The notes: a model not told the origin generated them from the sequence alone. 64,000 nt of DNA from an uncultured Acidobacteriota bacterium (GCA_963798795.1 CAWCUZ010000001.1:886215-950214); one strand, 5' to 3'; counted from the first letter of the stretch, positions 21,344-33,939 are shown. Translations and numbers: made by a program.

Positions 21344-21481
21344 CAGGTGGCAAACTCAGTCACGCCGCCGGCCCATTCCCAAATCCCTGTCCATCAGACC
21401 CGTGAAACTCCGTCTCTGCGCGGCGGCGTCAGCCATCGAGCTGGATCTTCAGGTGACAGTCCGTTATCAGCGAGGAGAGTA

Positions 21482-22090
21482 GTGGCGGTACGTCTGTTCG
21501 TCGGCAACATGCCCTATGGAGCCACCGAGCCCGATCTGCGGGCGCATTTCTCGGCGGTCGGTGAGCCATCCCAGATCGTGATTCCGGTCGACCGCGACAC
21601 CGGCCGGCCGCGCGGGTTCGCCTTCGTCGAATACCTGGATCGCGCCGTCGCCGAACAGGCGATCACACGGTTCAACCAGCAGGCGTTCATGGGCCGCACG
21701 CTGTCGGTCAGCGAGGCCCGGCCCCGCGAGGAGCGCGGTCCGGGCGGGTTCAGCCGCCCCTCCGGCGGCGGTTTCAGCGGCGGCACCGGACGTCCGCCCG
21801 GCGCCGGCTTCTCCGGCCCGCGGCCCGCCGGGGCCCCCGGCGGCTTCCGCTCCGGCCCGCCGCGCGGGCCCGCCGACAGCAGCTCGCGCTTCGGGCCGCC
21901 CAAGAAGAAGAGCGCGTCCAGCGAGAAACGCTGGGAAAGCAAGGATCGGGGGCCCAAGGGGCCCATCAAGGAGCGCTACACCGGCCGGCTCGGCGGGCTC
22001 TACGACGATCCGAACGAGGTGGCCGAACCGCTGGCGGACTTCGACGACCCGGCGTCGCGCGCGAACGAAGAGTCGGACGGCGACGAGTAG
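21482..22090 (+). CDS. RRM-domain RNA-binding protein with Gly/Pro/Arg-rich and acidic tail
   Basis: RNP2 'LFVGNM', RNP1 'RGFAFVEY', 'DRDTGRPRG', 'LSVSEARPR'. SD GAGGAG precedes GTG 21482. Confidence 0.9.
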   Translation: MAVRLFVGNMPYGATEPDLRAHFSAVGEPSQIVIPVDRDTGRPRGFAFVEYLDRAVAEQAITRFNQQAFMGRTLSVSEARPREERGPGGFSRPSGGGFSGGTGRPPGAGFSGPRPAGAPGGFRSGPPRGPADSSSRFGPPKKKSASSEKRWESKDRGPKGPIKERYTGRLGGLYDDPNEVAEPLADFDDPASRANEESDGDE

Positions 22091-22102
22091 GGAGGCAGAC
22101 GC

Positions 22103-22507
22103 GTGCAGACCCACGTCAAGATTCTGGCGGTGCTGTTCGCGGTCTGGGGCGCGCTGCTCGCGGTGATGGGCGTGTTCTCGTCCGCCCTGTTCGGCGTGCT
22201 CGCCGGCATTGCGGGGTCGTCGGGCGAGGAAGGCGCGGCGGCGGGCAGCGTGTTTCTAGGCCTGACCGGCGCGATGCTGATGGTCTTTCTGCTCACGTGC
22301 GCCGCGGTCTCGATCGTCTGTGCCTGGGGCCTCTTCAAGCTGCGGCCGTGGGCGCGGATTCTGGCGATCATCCTGGCCGCCGTCGCGCTGATCCGGCCGA
22401 TTCTGGGAACGCTGTTCGGAATCTACGCGCTGTGGGCGCTGTTCCAGAAGCAGACCGAAGCGCTGTTCAACCAAGCGTCGCCGACGTCGCCCCCGCCGCC
22501 CGTTTGA
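22103..22507 (+). CDS. Small membrane protein, about 4 TM helices (DUF7144-like)
   Basis: Hydrophobic helices, 'GLFKLRPWARILAI', 'GTLFGIYALW'. SD GGGAGG. Confidence 0.75.
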   Translation: MQTHVKILAVLFAVWGALLAVMGVFSSALFGVLAGIAGSSGEEGAAAGSVFLGLTGAMLMVFLLTCAAVSIVCAWGLFKLRPWARILAIILAAVALIRPILGTLFGIYALWALFQKQTEALFNQASPTSPPPPV

Positions 22508-22557
22508 ACGCTAGCCCCCTGAGCGCCGGTCCCTGAACGGCGGCGCGGTCCCCGGCT

Positions 22558-23622
22558 TCACCAGACGAGTTTTGCGATGCGCCCGCGCGCGCCGGCCGCC
22601 CAGCCGACCGGCCGGCCTGGGGCGAAGCTGAACGTGTCGTACCCCTGCCCTGCCAACGGCGTCCAGGTCCTGCCGTCGTCGGTCGACATGTCGGCGCCGC
22701 TCGGACCGATCGCGACGAACGACGCCGCGGTGCCGGGCACGTGGGCCACGACCGATCGGAAGCCGGAGAGGCCGGAGCCGGTCACACCGGTCCAGGTCAT
22801 GCCGCCATCCGACGTGATTGCCACGTTGTCTATGGCGTCGCCTTCGCGCGTGTAGTCGCCTCCGACGACCACCCCGTGCCGCTCGTCGCGAAAGGCAATC
22901 GAGTAGATGCCGGCCGACGTGCCCGATGCGATTGGCGTTTCCGCGACCTGCCAGGTTCGTCCGCGGTCGATCGACCGGACGACGCGAGCGCGCGCCGCGG
23001 CGCCGGTGGCGAACCACACGCGATCGCCTCGCACCGCCACATTGGTGCCGCTCGCGGCGAAGAACCCCTCGTTGTCCAGCGCCGCCGGCAGCCCCTCGGC
23101 CGGAACCCGCTGCCACGCACGCCCATCGTCGGTCCGGAGGACGAGGAAGTGGCCCTCAACCGAGTCGCTGACGGCGATGCCGTGCGCTTCGTCCCGGAAA
23201 ATCATGGCGTCGAAAAACGCCTTCGGATCGTCGTTCGTGAACTGGAGGGTCCACGTAGCACCGGAGTCGGACGTCTTGTAGATCCGTGAACTGGCTCCGG
23301 CGCCGATGCTCAGGATGTACGCCGTGGTTTCACTCACCGCGTCGACATCCCGGAAGTCGAGGCCCGCGGCGTCAGGGACGACGAGACGGCTCCATGTGTC
23401 GCCCGCGTCGGTGGTCCGCAGGACGGTACCGCGTGCGCCGCTGGCCCAGGCCACGCGCGCGCTCGCCGCGCTCACGCCGCGCAGCCGGCTCGTGACGCCG
23501 GATGTTTGCGGCGTCCAGGTCGGCGGCAGGGCCGGGCCCGACGGCGGGCCGAGGTCCGACGCCGGGCCGAGCCCCGTGGCGAGAGCCGCGGCGGCGACCC
23601 GCACGAGAATGCCGGGCTTCAC
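22558..23622 (-). CDS. Secreted BNR/Asp-box beta-propeller protein (Ycf48/WD40-YVTN-like)
   Basis: Signal peptide and repeated [ST].D.G.TW Asp boxes; 'FAASGT'. Confidence 0.85.
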   Translation of the reverse strand: MKPGILVRVAAAALATGLGPASDLGPPSGPALPPTWTPQTSGVTSRLRGVSAASARVAWASGARGTVLRTTDAGDTWSRLVVPDAAGLDFRDVDAVSETTAYILSIGAGASSRIYKTSDSGATWTLQFTNDDPKAFFDAMIFRDEAHGIAVSDSVEGHFLVLRTDDGRAWQRVPAEGLPAALDNEGFFAASGTNVAVRGDRVWFATGAAARARVVRSIDRGRTWQVAETPIASGTSAGIYSIAFRDERHGVVVGGDYTREGDAIDNVAITSDGGMTWTGVTGSGLSGFRSVVAHVPGTAASFVAIGPSGADMSTDDGRTWTPLAGQGYDTFSFAPGRPVGWAAGARGRIAKLVW

Positions 23623-24917
23623 TGGACGCGCCTCACGATCGAGCCGCCCTTCATGACGAGCCGCACGTGTCGCAGCGCCGAGATGTCCGCGGCCGGATCG
23701 CCGTCGACGGCGACGAGATCCGCCAGCAGACCCGGCGTCACCCTGCCGATCTGGTTGTCCATCTTCAGGACCCTGGCGTCGACGGCGGTCGCGGACTTGA
23801 GCGCGTCGATCGGCGTCATCCCGAACGCGACCATCAGCTCGAGCTCGCGCGCGTTGTCGCCGTGCGTGTACACGCCCACGTCCGACCCGCTGGCGATGGT
23901 CACGCCCGCCGCCAGGGCCGTCCTGAACATCTCGCGTTTGCGCTGCACGGCCGCGGGTTCCGGGGCCTGGCCCTTTCGCCAGCCGGCGTACTGGCTGGTC
24001 GCGTCAGTCGCGGCGAGCGTCGGACACAGCGCGATGCCTTTCTGCGCCATCAGCCGGAACAGCTCGGGCGTGCCGCCGTCACCGTGCTCGATCGTATCGA
24101 CGCCGGCCTCGATCGCCCGTCGCAGCCCCTCCGTGGAGCTGGAGTGCACCGCGACCGGCCGCCCCAGGCTGTGCGCCGTCTCGACCGCGGCCTTCATCTC
24201 GTCGAGCGTGAACGTGGGCACGGTCTGCCCGTTCGGCCCGGCGCGGTAGTCGCCATAGATCTTGATCCAGTCGGCGCCCTTCCCTGCCTGGTCGCGGACG
24301 ACGTGCATGATGCCCTCCACGCCGTCGGCCTCCTCGCCGCCTTGGGGCACGTCCCACTCGGCCGGAAATCCCTTCGGCGCGTACGTGCCCGTGGCCACGA
24401 TGGCGCGCGTGACGACGAGCATGCGGGGGCCGGGAATGAGGCCCTTGTTGACCGCCTGCTTCAGGCCGACGTCGGCATACCCGGCGCCCTCGGTCCCCAG
24501 GTCGCGAATGGTCGTGAACCCGGCTTCGATCGTGGCGCGCAGGTGATTGACCGCGCGCGCAATCCGCTCGCCGAGCAGCTCGTGCTCGACCTGGTCGGTC
24601 CAGGGCGTTTCGTCATAGGGATGCAGCAGGACGTGCGAGTGCGCCTCGATGAGCCCGGGCAGCAGCGTGGCGCCGGGCAGATCGATCGTTTCGGCGCCGG
24701 CCGGCGCCGGGACATCGGCCGCGGGGCCGGCCGCGGCGATCTGCTGGCCACGCACGGCCACGACCCACCCGTCGTGCATCGCGTCGCCGTCGAACACGCG
24801 CGCCGGACGCAGCAGATAGGTCGTGGCGGGTCCGCCACCCCCGCGACGCCCCTGAGCGAGCGCGAGCGGCGCGCTCGCAAGGACGACGCCCAGCAGCAAC
24901 CAGATGCCTCGACGCAT
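23619..24917 (-). CDS. Secreted metal-dependent amidohydrolase (prolidase-like)
   Basis: 'PGLIEAHSH', 'GFTTIRDLG', 'ADWIKIY', 'VAVH', 'TIEHG', 'ASGSDVG', '[13 protein letters not shown]'. Confidence 0.9.
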   Translation of the reverse strand: MRRGIWLLLGVVLASAPLALAQGRRGGGGPATTYLLRPARVFDGDAMHDGWVVAVRGQQIAAAGPAADVPAPAGAETIDLPGATLLPGLIEAHSHVLLHPYDETPWTDQVEHELLGERIARAVNHLRATIEAGFTTIRDLGTEGAGYADVGLKQAVNKGLIPGPRMLVVTRAIVATGTYAPKGFPAEWDVPQGGEEADGVEGIMHVVRDQAGKGADWIKIYGDYRAGPNGQTVPTFTLDEMKAAVETAHSLGRPVAVHSSSTEGLRRAIEAGVDTIEHGDGGTPELFRLMAQKGIALCPTLAATDATSQYAGWRKGQAPEPAAVQRKREMFRTALAAGVTIASGSDVGVYTHGDNARELELMVAFGMTPIDALKSATAVDARVLKMDNQIGRVTPGLLADLVAVDGDPAADISALRHVRLVMKGGSIVRRVQ

Positions 24918-24943
24918 GTTCCCTCCCGCGGGGTCACCCCCGC

Positions 24944-26146
24944 TCACCGCGCGCCCACCAGCACGCCGTCACCGACCCGGTCCGACGGATGCTGCACGAC
25001 CCGGTCGCCCTCGGCCAGCCCCGACGCAACCTCCGCTTCCAGGCCCGTCTGCCGGCCCACCTCGACGTGCCGGAGCCGGGCCCGGTCATTCTCGATCCGG
25101 AATACGGCCCAGGCGTCGCCATCACGAAACAGGGCGCCCGTCGGGACCTTCAGCACGCCCTTGCCCTGCCACACCACCACGCGCACTTCGACGCGGTATT
25201 CCACGCCGAGGTTCTGCCCCGCGCTGCGTGGGTCGTCGAGCGAGACGATGACGTTGACGCGCTGTTCCTCGACGCCGAGCGCCGACACCTTCACGAATCC
25301 CTGCGGGTCGACGCGCCGGACGTGCCCCTGCAGCGTCTGGCCTCCGCCCCAGCAATCAATCAGGGCCGGCATGCCGGCGGCCATCTTCACGGCGTCGCTC
25401 GACAGGTAGTCGGCGACGATCTCCAGGTCGGCCAGGTCGGCGACCTCGACCAGCGGGTCGCCGGGCGGCACCACGGCGGCACTGTCGTGAAACCGCTTCA
25501 GGACGATGCCGTCGATGGGCGCGCGGATCGCCATCGCCTGGCCGCGCGAGGCTGACGATGACGTGGCGCCGGTCAGCGCGGCGCTCGCGGCGTCGAGCTC
25601 GTGCTGGGTCGCGAGTATCCTGGCGCGCGCGCCTTCGACCGCTTGATCGGCCGTTTGCAGTGCGGTCTGCGCCTGTTCCACGTCCGCCTGCGCGACCGCC
25701 TTGCCGGCGAACAACCGCTGCATCCGGGTGAGCTCCCGTTCCGCCTGGTCGCGGGTGGCCTGCGCCTGGCCGAGCACCGCCCGGGCCTGTTGGACCGCGG
25801 CCTCGGCGGCCTTGACGCGCGCCTCGGCCGTCGCGCGGGTCCGCACGTCGAGCAGCGGCGGCACATCGGGCAGAAGCGTGGCGACGACGGTCTGATTCGC
25901 GACGACCCGGTCTCCGGGCTCGAGCGCGATCGCCTGGAGCCGCCCGCCGGCCGGCGCCGACACGATGTACTGATGGCGCACGCGCGTCTTGCCCTCCTGG
26001 TCGAGCGTCACCTCGAGGTCGCCGCGCGACACGCTCCCCACGTCAACGAGCACGGGCTGCGGGCGCAGCATCCACCACAGGCCAAGGCCCAGCAGCAGAA
26101 CGATGGCGATCCACAGAATCAGACGGCGGACACGGACCCTCGGCAC
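24944..26146 (-). CDS. Efflux periplasmic adaptor subunit (MacA/HlyD family)
   Basis: N-terminal TM, lipoyl halves (SAPAGG; IRAPIDG), coiled coil, '[12 protein letters not shown]'. Confidence 0.9.
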   Translation of the reverse strand: MPRVRVRRLILWIAIVLLLGLGLWWMLRPQPVLVDVGSVSRGDLEVTLDQEGKTRVRHQYIVSAPAGGRLQAIALEPGDRVVANQTVVATLLPDVPPLLDVRTRATAEARVKAAEAAVQQARAVLGQAQATRDQAERELTRMQRLFAGKAVAQADVEQAQTALQTADQAVEGARARILATQHELDAASAALTGATSSSASRGQAMAIRAPIDGIVLKRFHDSAAVVPPGDPLVEVADLADLEIVADYLSSDAVKMAAGMPALIDCWGGGQTLQGHVRRVDPQGFVKVSALGVEEQRVNVIVSLDDPRSAGQNLGVEYRVEVRVVVWQGKGVLKVPTGALFRDGDAWAVFRIENDRARLRHVEVGRQTGLEAEVASGLAEGDRVVQHPSDRVGDGVLVGAR

Positions 26147-26156
26147 GGCAGTCCTC

Positions 26157-28521
26157 CTATTCGCGCGTCTTCAGCACGGCAATCAGATCCAGGTGCCGCA
26201 CCCGGCGCTGCACGACGAGCGCCGACAGCAGCGCCGCGCTCACCACCGTCGCGGCGGACATGACGTAGGTGCGCGGCAGGATGATCAGCGGCAGGCGATA
26301 GACCTCCGTGCTGAACGCCTGCACGGTCAGCGCCGCCAGTCCGTACCCGATCACCATGCCCAGCGGCAGCGCCAGCACCGTGACAATGGTCCATTCGCCG
26401 AACAGGATGCCTCCGATCTCGGCGCGCGTCAGCCCGATGACCCGCAACGTCGCCAGTTCGCGGGCGCGTTCCGACAACGTGACCCGTGCCGTGTTGTACA
26501 CCACGCCGAATGCAATCACCGCGGCAAACAGGATCGTCGTCGTCCGCATGATCCCGACCGTCTGTGCCAGGGTGTCCTGAAAACTCTGCAACGTCGCCTC
26601 GGCCAGGGCCACCCCGGCGACCGCGGGCGTCGCCTTGAGTGTGTCGTACAGGGCGTCGCGGCGGGCCGCATCGACCTGAAGATAGGCGCCCGACAGCGAC
26701 CCGCCTTCGCGCATGAGGCGATGGAGCGCGTCCACGCGCATGTAGACGTTGGTACCGAGATAGTCGTCCACCAGTTCGGTGACACCGACGCGCCGGACCG
26801 GGCGCTCGCCTTCCAGGACATCGAGCTCGACCTGGTCGCCGGCCGCGAGGTTCAGCAACTCCGCCAGCTTGCGCGACATCACGAGGCCCTCGGCCGGCAG
26901 CGGCACGAGCGCGCCCGACGCATCGACGACGCGGTTGAGCCGGCTGTCGGCCGGCAGCCCGGTAATCGCGGCGTAGCGGGTCCGGTAGCCCGCGCGCAGG
27001 CGGACGGGCACGGCGCGAAAGCCCTCCGCCCGCTGCACGCCGGGCAGACGTGCGACCTCGTCGAGGGCGGCCGCCGACACCGGCCGCCGAAAGGTCACCA
27101 TCACGTCGTAGCGTTGCGCGATGTTGAACTGCACGTCGATCATCACGTCCATGGCATCGAGCGTGAACAGCCCGACGACGAGCAGCGCGCCGCCGAAGGC
27201 GATGGCAATCGTCGACAGCGCCGCGCGGCCCGGCCGCCGTTGCAGTTGACGAACCACCATGCGCGTCGGCATCGACAGAAATCGCCGCAGCCCGGTGCGC
27301 TCGATCCAGCTCACGCGATATCGCGAGGGCGGCTCCGGACGCATCGCCTCGGCCGGCGGCAGTACCACGACGCGCCGCACCGCCCCGAGCGTGCCGACGA
27401 TCGCGGCGGCGGCGGCGACGGCCAGGCCTTCGGCCACGAGGATCGGCGGCAGCCGGTACATCGAGGACCGGAAAGGTGAAGAACCTCGTGTATATCTCGG
27501 TGAGGCCGCGCCCCATCCAGGCGCCAGCGGCTGTCCCGGCGATAGCCCCCGCCGTGCAGACGATGAGGCCCCACTGCAGGTAGTGCAGGCCGATCTCGCG
27601 ATTCCGATAGCCGAGCGCCTTGAGCGCCGCGATCTGTTCGCGCTCCACCGCCACCAGCCGTGTCAACACGACGTTCATCAGGAACGCGGCGACCGCCAGA
27701 AAAATCACCGGCAGGATTTCGCCCATCCCGCGCAGCGAATCCATTTCGCCCTGCAGGAAGAAGTGCGAGAGCTGCTGCGCGCGCGGGACGGCCCCGAGCC
27801 CGCCGTACGGCTCGAGCAGCCGGTCGAGCCGGGCAATCACCTCTGGTGTCGAGGCGCCCCGCCCCAGCCGAAGGGCGACGTCGTCGAACCCGCCCTCCAT
27901 GTCGAACGCCGACGCCACCGCCTTCCGGTTCATCCACATGATCCCGAACCGCGCGTCGTCTGCCACCAGTTCGCCGGGGCGGATCGCATAGACGTACTCC
28001 GGCGACAGCGCCAGGCCGACGATGCGCAACTCCCGCCGGCGGCCGTTGATGATGGCCGCCAGGGTGTCGCCGGGCACGAGGCCGTTCGATCCCGCGAAGC
28101 GCGCGCTCGCCAGCACCTCGTCGTCCCGCGTGGGGTCGAGCCGCCGGCCGCCGGCAAGAAAGACGTCGTTGACGCTCGGCTGCCCGTCTTCAGGATACGA
28201 GATGAGCCGGCCCGACACGGGCGCGTCGCGGCCGGGGACGTCGAGCGTCACGTCGGCGACGACGCGCGTCTGCACGGCCTCGACGCCGGGAATCGCCGCG
28301 ATGTCGGGGGTGAGCGACCGCGGGGCGCGCACCAGCGACGCGAACACGTCGCCGAAGCGGTAGCGCTCGTAGTAGCTCTGCTGGGTCGCCTGGAGCGAGC
28401 TGTAGGCGCTCAGCAGGAGCACGAAGGCGGCGATGCCGGCGCCGACGACGAGGGCGAGCGCCATCGCCTGGCTTCGGACGCGCCACAGGTCTCGCAGCAG
28501 CTTGCGTTCAAGCGCGCGCAC
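26157..28521 (-). CDS. FtsX/MacB-like double-domain ABC permease; one frameshift near 27462
   Basis: 'KLLRDLWR', 'EREQIAALKALGY', 'ERARELATLRVIG'. Two ORFs join into one permease of about 790 aa. Confidence 0.88.
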
Positions 28522-28536
28522 GAGGCTCGTCCGTTC

Positions 28537-29292
28537 TCACCACGTGATCTCGCGCACCGGCCGGCGCCCGGCGTTGTGACGCTCGCCGGCCAGACGGCCG
28601 TCGGCCATCGTCACCACGCGGTCGCTGGCCTCGGCAATGGCGGCGTTGTGCGTGATGATCATCACAGTCGTCCCGAGGTCCACGTTCACGCGTTCGATCG
28701 CTTCGAGCACGGTCACGCCGGTCGTGATGTCCAGGGCACCGGTCGGCTCGTCGCACAGCAGCACGTCGGGACGCTTGGCGATGGCGCGGGCGATGGCCAC
28801 GCGCTGCTGTTCGCCCCCGGAGAGCTGCGCCGGAAAGTGGCCGGCGCGCGGACGCAGGCCCACCAGGTCGAGCGCGTCGATCGCCGGCAGCGGGTCGAGG
28901 GCGATCTCGGTCGCGAGCGCCACGTTCTCGAGCGCCGTCAGGCTCGGCATCAGGTTGTAGAACTGGAACACGAATCCGACCGAATGCCGGCGGAAGGTCG
29001 TGAGTGCCGCCTCGTCGGCCTGCGTCAGGTCGCGGCCCCGGTAGGCCACGGTGCCGCTGGTCGGCGTGTCGAGGCCGCCGAGGATGTTGAGCAGCGTCGA
29101 CTTGCCGCTGCCCGAGGGCCCGAGCAGCACCATCAGCTCGCCGGTCGAGACGTCGAGGTCGATCCCGCGCAGGGCGTGCACGTCCACCTCGCCCATGCGG
29201 TAGACCTTGGTGAGCCCGCGGACTTCGAACACGCGGGCCGACTCGGCGGGCGACCGGACGCGACTCCCCGCGCCGGACGCAGCGCGAGGCAT
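28537..29292 (-). CDS. ABC transporter ATP-binding protein (LolD/MacB type)
   Basis: GPSGSGKST, '[10 protein letters not shown]', [22 protein letters not shown]. Confidence 0.95.
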   Translation of the reverse strand: MPRAASGAGSRVRSPAESARVFEVRGLTKVYRMGEVDVHALRGIDLDVSTGELMVLLGPSGSGKSTLLNILGGLDTPTSGTVAYRGRDLTQADEAALTTFRRHSVGFVFQFYNLMPSLTALENVALATEIALDPLPAIDALDLVGLRPRAGHFPAQLSGGEQQRVAIARAIAKRPDVLLCDEPTGALDITTGVTVLEAIERVNVDLGTTVMIITHNAAIAEASDRVVTMADGRLAGERHNAGRRPVREITW

Positions 29293-29357
29293 GCCGCCTC
29301 AGAATATCCAAAAGACCCGTCGGTGCGAAGGTGCGTCGTGCGACCGCACCGCAGAAA

Positions 29358-32300
29358 TCAGTGCGGGTGCGCCTGCTGGCGGCCGAGTCCGATCTCCGGC
29401 AACCCGGCCGTTCGCAGGACCTGGTTCAGCTTGGGAAGTTCCGTCGTCGTCAGCGCATCCCAGCGTTCCATCACGTCGCCAGCTCGCAGGCGCGCCGACA
29501 TCATCGCCGTCAGCTGGTTCTCGGTCGGCGGCACGTCCGCGCTCTGCAGCGAGTTCATCAGGCCGCCCAGGGAGGCCGCCACGCCGGGAAGTGAGTCGGG
29601 CGGCGCCGCCGGTCCGCCGAAACCGCGGCCCCGACCGCCAACGCCGCCACCGCCACGGCCGCCCGCCGCTCCACCAGCGGCCGGCGCGGGCGCCGGCAGG
29701 AGCGACGTCAGCGACTCGTCGAAGGCCGCCACCGCGGCGCCCACCGGGCCGCCCGGCTTCGGCAGCTTGTCGAGCTGCTCGCGGATCGATTCCGCCTGCG
29801 ACTCGGCCGTCTGCGCGTCAATCGCGCCGAAGTACATGTCGTCGGTCAGCGAGTAGACCTGCTGCATCGCCCACGCCGGCGTCGTAATGCGTGGATCGGC
29901 TTTCACGGCGATCGGCTGCGAGTACCGCTGGCCGTTCACGGTGAGGGTGAGGATGTACTTGCCGGGCGCGGCCCAGGGCGTGCCGGCACCAGGCAGCGTC
30001 TTGTGCGGCACCGCGGCAATCGAGAGCCCGCCGCGGCCGCCCCGGCCGCCGCCCCCGCCAGACAACGGCTGATAGTGCACGTCCCAGATGAATCGGTGCA
30101 GGCCCGGCGCCGTCGACAGCACCGGCGCCTGGCCGTACCAGTAGAGCGGCACGGGCGCGGCGGCCGGTTCAGGTACCTCGGGAACCGGATCATCGCTCGA
30201 GTAGCGGCGCACCAGACGGCCGTCCGGCGTCGACACTTCGAGCGTCACCGGGCCGCTCGCGGCGGACTTCAGGTAGTAGTCGATCGGCACGCCGTCCGGC
30301 GGGTTCTCCCCCACCGGTTCTTCTTTGGGCCATGGCATGTCGGAGCTGGTGTTCCAGCGGACGCGCCAGGCGGTCGTCGGCGCAAAGAGCACCGCGGCCT
30401 GATTCCCCATCGTCGCGTCCCACTGGCGAAGCGCGGTGACGTCGTCCAGGATCCAGAATCCGCGTCCGTGCGTCGCCGCCACCAGGTCGGCATCCTTGAC
30501 GATGATGTCGCGGACCGACGAGGCGGGCAGATTCAGGCGCAGCGACTGCCAGCGTGCGCCGTCGTCGAACGACACGTACACGCCGTTTTCGGTGCTGGCG
30601 TACAGAAGACCGGGCTTCTTCGGGTCCTCGCGCACGGCATTGGCGGCGCCGGCGCCCTCCATGCCGGATACGATTTCCGTCCAGGTGCGGCCGGCATCGT
30701 GGGTCTTGAAAATGTGCGGGCGCATGTCGTCGACGCGCAGCGTGTTCACGGCCGCATAGGCGGTCGACGGATCGAAGTGCCCGGCGTCGATCATGAAGAT
30801 CTTCCAGAACGTCTTCACGCCGGACGGCGTCACATCCGTCCAGTGCTGCCCGCCGTCGGCCGTCGTCTCGATGAGCCCGTCGTCGGTGCCGACCCAGAGC
30901 CGATCCGGATCGAGATACGACGGACCGATCGTGTAGATCGCCGCCAGTTGCCGCGACTGCGCCTGCGGCGCGTACGTGCCGACGCTCGGCCCCGGGTCCC
31001 ACGTGTCGCGCGTGAAGTTCGGGCTGATCTGGTCCCAGTGGATGCCGCCATCGGTCGTCTTCCACAGGGACGTGCTGCCGAAGTACAGCGCGTGCGGGTC
31101 GGCGTTGCCAAAAACGACCGGCTGCGTGCGCGGTGACCGCGCGGGAACGCCGCCGCCACCGCCGCCTCGACCTCCGCCGCCGCGACCGCTCACCGGACCG
31201 ACGGCCGAGCTCAGACCGGTGCGGCGATCGAATCGATCCACGCTCCGGCCGCCGAAGACGAGATTCGGATCGAGCGGGTCCGGCGCCAGGTAGCCGTACT
31301 CGTCGCCGCCGGCCGGCAGCCAGTCGCGATCCGAGATGACGCCGTAGTTGCCGCGGCTGGCCACGCAGGTCGATCCGCTTTCCTGCTGACCGCTGCAGAC
31401 GCGGTACGGAAACGCGTTGTCGGCCGCCACGTGGTAGAGCTGCGCGGTCGGCTGGTTGTACCAGGAACTCCAGCTCTCGCCGCCGTTGAGCGTCACCACC
31501 GCGCCCTGGTCGGCGACCATCATGATGATGTCGGGGTTGTCGGGATTGATCCAGCCGCCCTGGTAGTCCTCGCCGCCCGGCGCGCCCTTGAACGGCGCCC
31601 AGGTCTTGCCGCCGTCCACCGACTTCCACGACACCGTGCTCGCCATGATCAGCCTGTCGGGGTTCTTCGGGTTGACGATCGGCACCGGCAGATCGCCGCC
31701 GCCGATGCGGCCGGCCGGCCGGTTGTCCTCGGTGATCCGCGTCCACGTCTGGCCCGCGTCGTCCGATCGATAGATGCCGGAACCGCCGCCGCCACCGCGT
31801 CCACCCCCGCCGCCACGCCCGCCCCCACCGCCGCCTGCGGCGACCGACGCGTAGATGCGCCGCGGATTGCTCGGGGCGATGGCCAGGTTCGCCTGGACGA
31901 CGCCGCCCTCGGGCAGCCCCTGCGTGAGCGGAGTCCACGTCGTACCACCGTCGGTGGACTTGAAGATGCCGCCGCCGGCGCCGCCCCACGCCGCGTTCTC
32001 CCACGGTCCCTGCCGCGCCTCCCACATCGTCGCGTAGACGATGTTGGGATTGCGGGGATCGATGTCCACGTCGTTGCCGCCCACGTCCGCGCCCTTCTGG
32101 AGCACCGGCTGGAACGTCTGTCCTCCGTCGGTCGAGCGGTAGATGCCGCGCTCGGAGTTGGGACCGTAGGGGTGGCCGAGGACGGCGACGAACAGCCGGT
32201 TCGGATTGCGCGGGTCGACCGAGATGTTCGGAATCTGTTGTCCGTCACGCAGTCCCAGATGCGTCCACGACACGCCCGCGTCCGTCGACTTGTAGACGCC

Positions 32301-32697
32301 GTCACCCACCGACAGGTCGGGCCGCTGCAGGCCCTCGCCGCTGCCGACGTACAGGATGTCGGGGTTGGACGGTGCCACCACGAGCGATCCGATCGACTGC
32401 GTGGGCTGGTCGTCGAAGACGGAAAACCACGTCCGGCCGGCATCGGTGGTCTTCCAGACCCCGCCGTTGCACACGCCGGCGTAGAACGTATACGGCCGGC
32501 TCGGGTGCCCGGCGGCCGAACGGGTGCGCCCGGCGCGGAAGGGGCCGATGGATCGCCAGTGCAGTGCGGAGAACGGCGAGGCCGACGCGTGCGCGGGCGC
32601 CGAGTTCATGGACGCCTGGCGCGCCGGCAGCATCGACGCGCCGCCAACGACCAGACAGGAGACGGACAGAATGAGGGATCGAGCGGTGGGACGACAT
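29358..32697 (-). CDS. Secreted VPS10/sortilin-like BNR-repeat protein (putative glycoside hydrolase)
   Basis: 'WRSIGPFRAGR', many Asp boxes, 'ATHGRGFWILDD'. Removing one C near 32675 joins ATG 32697 (SD GGAGGG) into the signal peptide MSSHRSILILSVSCLVVGGA. Confidence 0.85.
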
Positions 32698-32727
32698 GAC
32701 AGCCCTCCGGAGCCGGAATGTGGCGCG

Positions 32728-32733
32728 AGTATA
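32728..32733 (-). promoter_or_regulatory. -10 element TATACT for the VPS10 gene
   Basis: TATACT on the minus strand about 30 nt upstream of ATG 32697. Confidence 0.5.
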
Positions 32734-32743
32734 GCGCGCGGGA

Positions 32744-33913
32744 CTACTGCACGCCGAACTTGAAGACCGTCGTCGTGTGGTACTGGCCGTCCGGCCGCAG
32801 CACGGTGGACGGGAAGTTCGCGTGGTTCGGCGAATCCGGGAAGTGCTGCGTCTCGAGGCAGAAGCCGGTGCGGTGCGCGTACTTCACGCCGCCCTTGCCG
32901 GTGACCGTGCCGTCGAGGAAGTTGCCGGAGTAGAACTGCAGCCCCGGCTCGGTCGTCCAGACTTCGAGCGTGCGGCCGGTCGTCGGTTCGAGCACCTTCG
33001 CCGCCAGGCTCAGGCCGTCGCCCTGGCGGTTGAGCACGAAGTTGTGGTCGTAGCCCTTGCCGCGCGTGAGCTGCTCGTTCTGGTCGTTGATCCGCGCGCC
33101 GATGGCGGTGGCGGTCCGGAAGTCGAAGGGCGTGCCCTCGACCGGCGCCAGTTCACCCGTCGGGATCAGCCCGTCGTCGACGGGCGTGTAGCGGTCCGCG
33201 TCGATCGTCAACTGGTGCCCGAGGATGTCCTGCGTCGGCTGGCCCGTGAGATTGAAGTAGCTGTGCTGGGTGAGGTTGATGACGGTCGGCTTGTCCGTGG
33301 TCGCGACGTAGTCCACCGTGAGGTCACCGGTGTCGCTCAGCGTGTACGTCACCGTGGCTTTGACGGTGCCCGGATACCCTTCGTCGCCGTCCGGACTGAC
33401 GTGCGTCAGGATCACGCCGACGCCGGTCCCATTCTGGAACGGCTCGCTGTGCCACACCGCCTGGTCCCAGCCCTTGTTGCCGCCGTGCAGGTGGTTGACG
33501 CCATTGTTGGTCGCCAGCGCGTAGGTCTTGCCGTCGAGCGTGAACTGCCCTTTCGCGATGCGGTTGCCGTACCGCCCGATGATCGCGCCGAAGTAGGTGG
33601 AATTCGAAAAGTAGCCCTCCGCGTCATCGTGGCCCAGGACGATGTCCGCGGACTGGCCTTGCCGGTCGCGCGTGCGCAGCGACTGGATGATGCCGCCGTA
33701 GTCGAGGACGTGGATTTCGATCCCCTTCTGTTGATTGCGCAGCGTCGTCAGGTTGATCACCTGCCCGTCTGGCGCGTGCCCCACCGGGGCCTGCGTGACG
33801 TTGACGCGTCCGGGATTCTGCGCCATGGCGGTCGACGTGGGATCCTGGCGCGAACAGCCGGCCGCGGCGGCCAGCGCGACGCACGCGGCGAGGAGGGAAC
33901 GGCCGGGGCGCAT
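32744..33913 (-). CDS. galM: Aldose 1-epimerase (mutarotase), lipoprotein
   Basis: 'GRYGNRI', 'NHLHGG', 'GDEGYPG', 'NLTQHSYFNL', 'GYDHNF', 'FCLETQHFPDSPN'. Lipobox AAGC. Confidence 0.93.
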   Translation of the reverse strand: MRPGRSLLAACVALAAAAGCSRQDPTSTAMAQNPGRVNVTQAPVGHAPDGQVINLTTLRNQQKGIEIHVLDYGGIIQSLRTRDRQGQSADIVLGHDDAEGYFSNSTYFGAIIGRYGNRIAKGQFTLDGKTYALATNNGVNHLHGGNKGWDQAVWHSEPFQNGTGVGVILTHVSPDGDEGYPGTVKATVTYTLSDTGDLTVDYVATTDKPTVINLTQHSYFNLTGQPTQDILGHQLTIDADRYTPVDDGLIPTGELAPVEGTPFDFRTATAIGARINDQNEQLTRGKGYDHNFVLNRQGDGLSLAAKVLEPTTGRTLEVWTTEPGLQFYSGNFLDGTVTGKGGVKYAHRTGFCLETQHFPDSPNHANFPSTVLRPDGQYHTTTVFKFGVQ

Positions 33914-33918
33914 GCGCG

Positions 33919-33932
33919 ATAGTATTATCATA
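33919..33932. promoter_or_regulatory. Overlapping divergent -10 elements (galM and SDR operon)
   Basis: AT-rich near-palindrome GATAGTATTATC in a 26-bp gap. TATTAT/TATCAT on +, TACTAT/TATGAT on -. Confidence 0.55.
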
Positions 33933-33939
33933 CCCGCGC

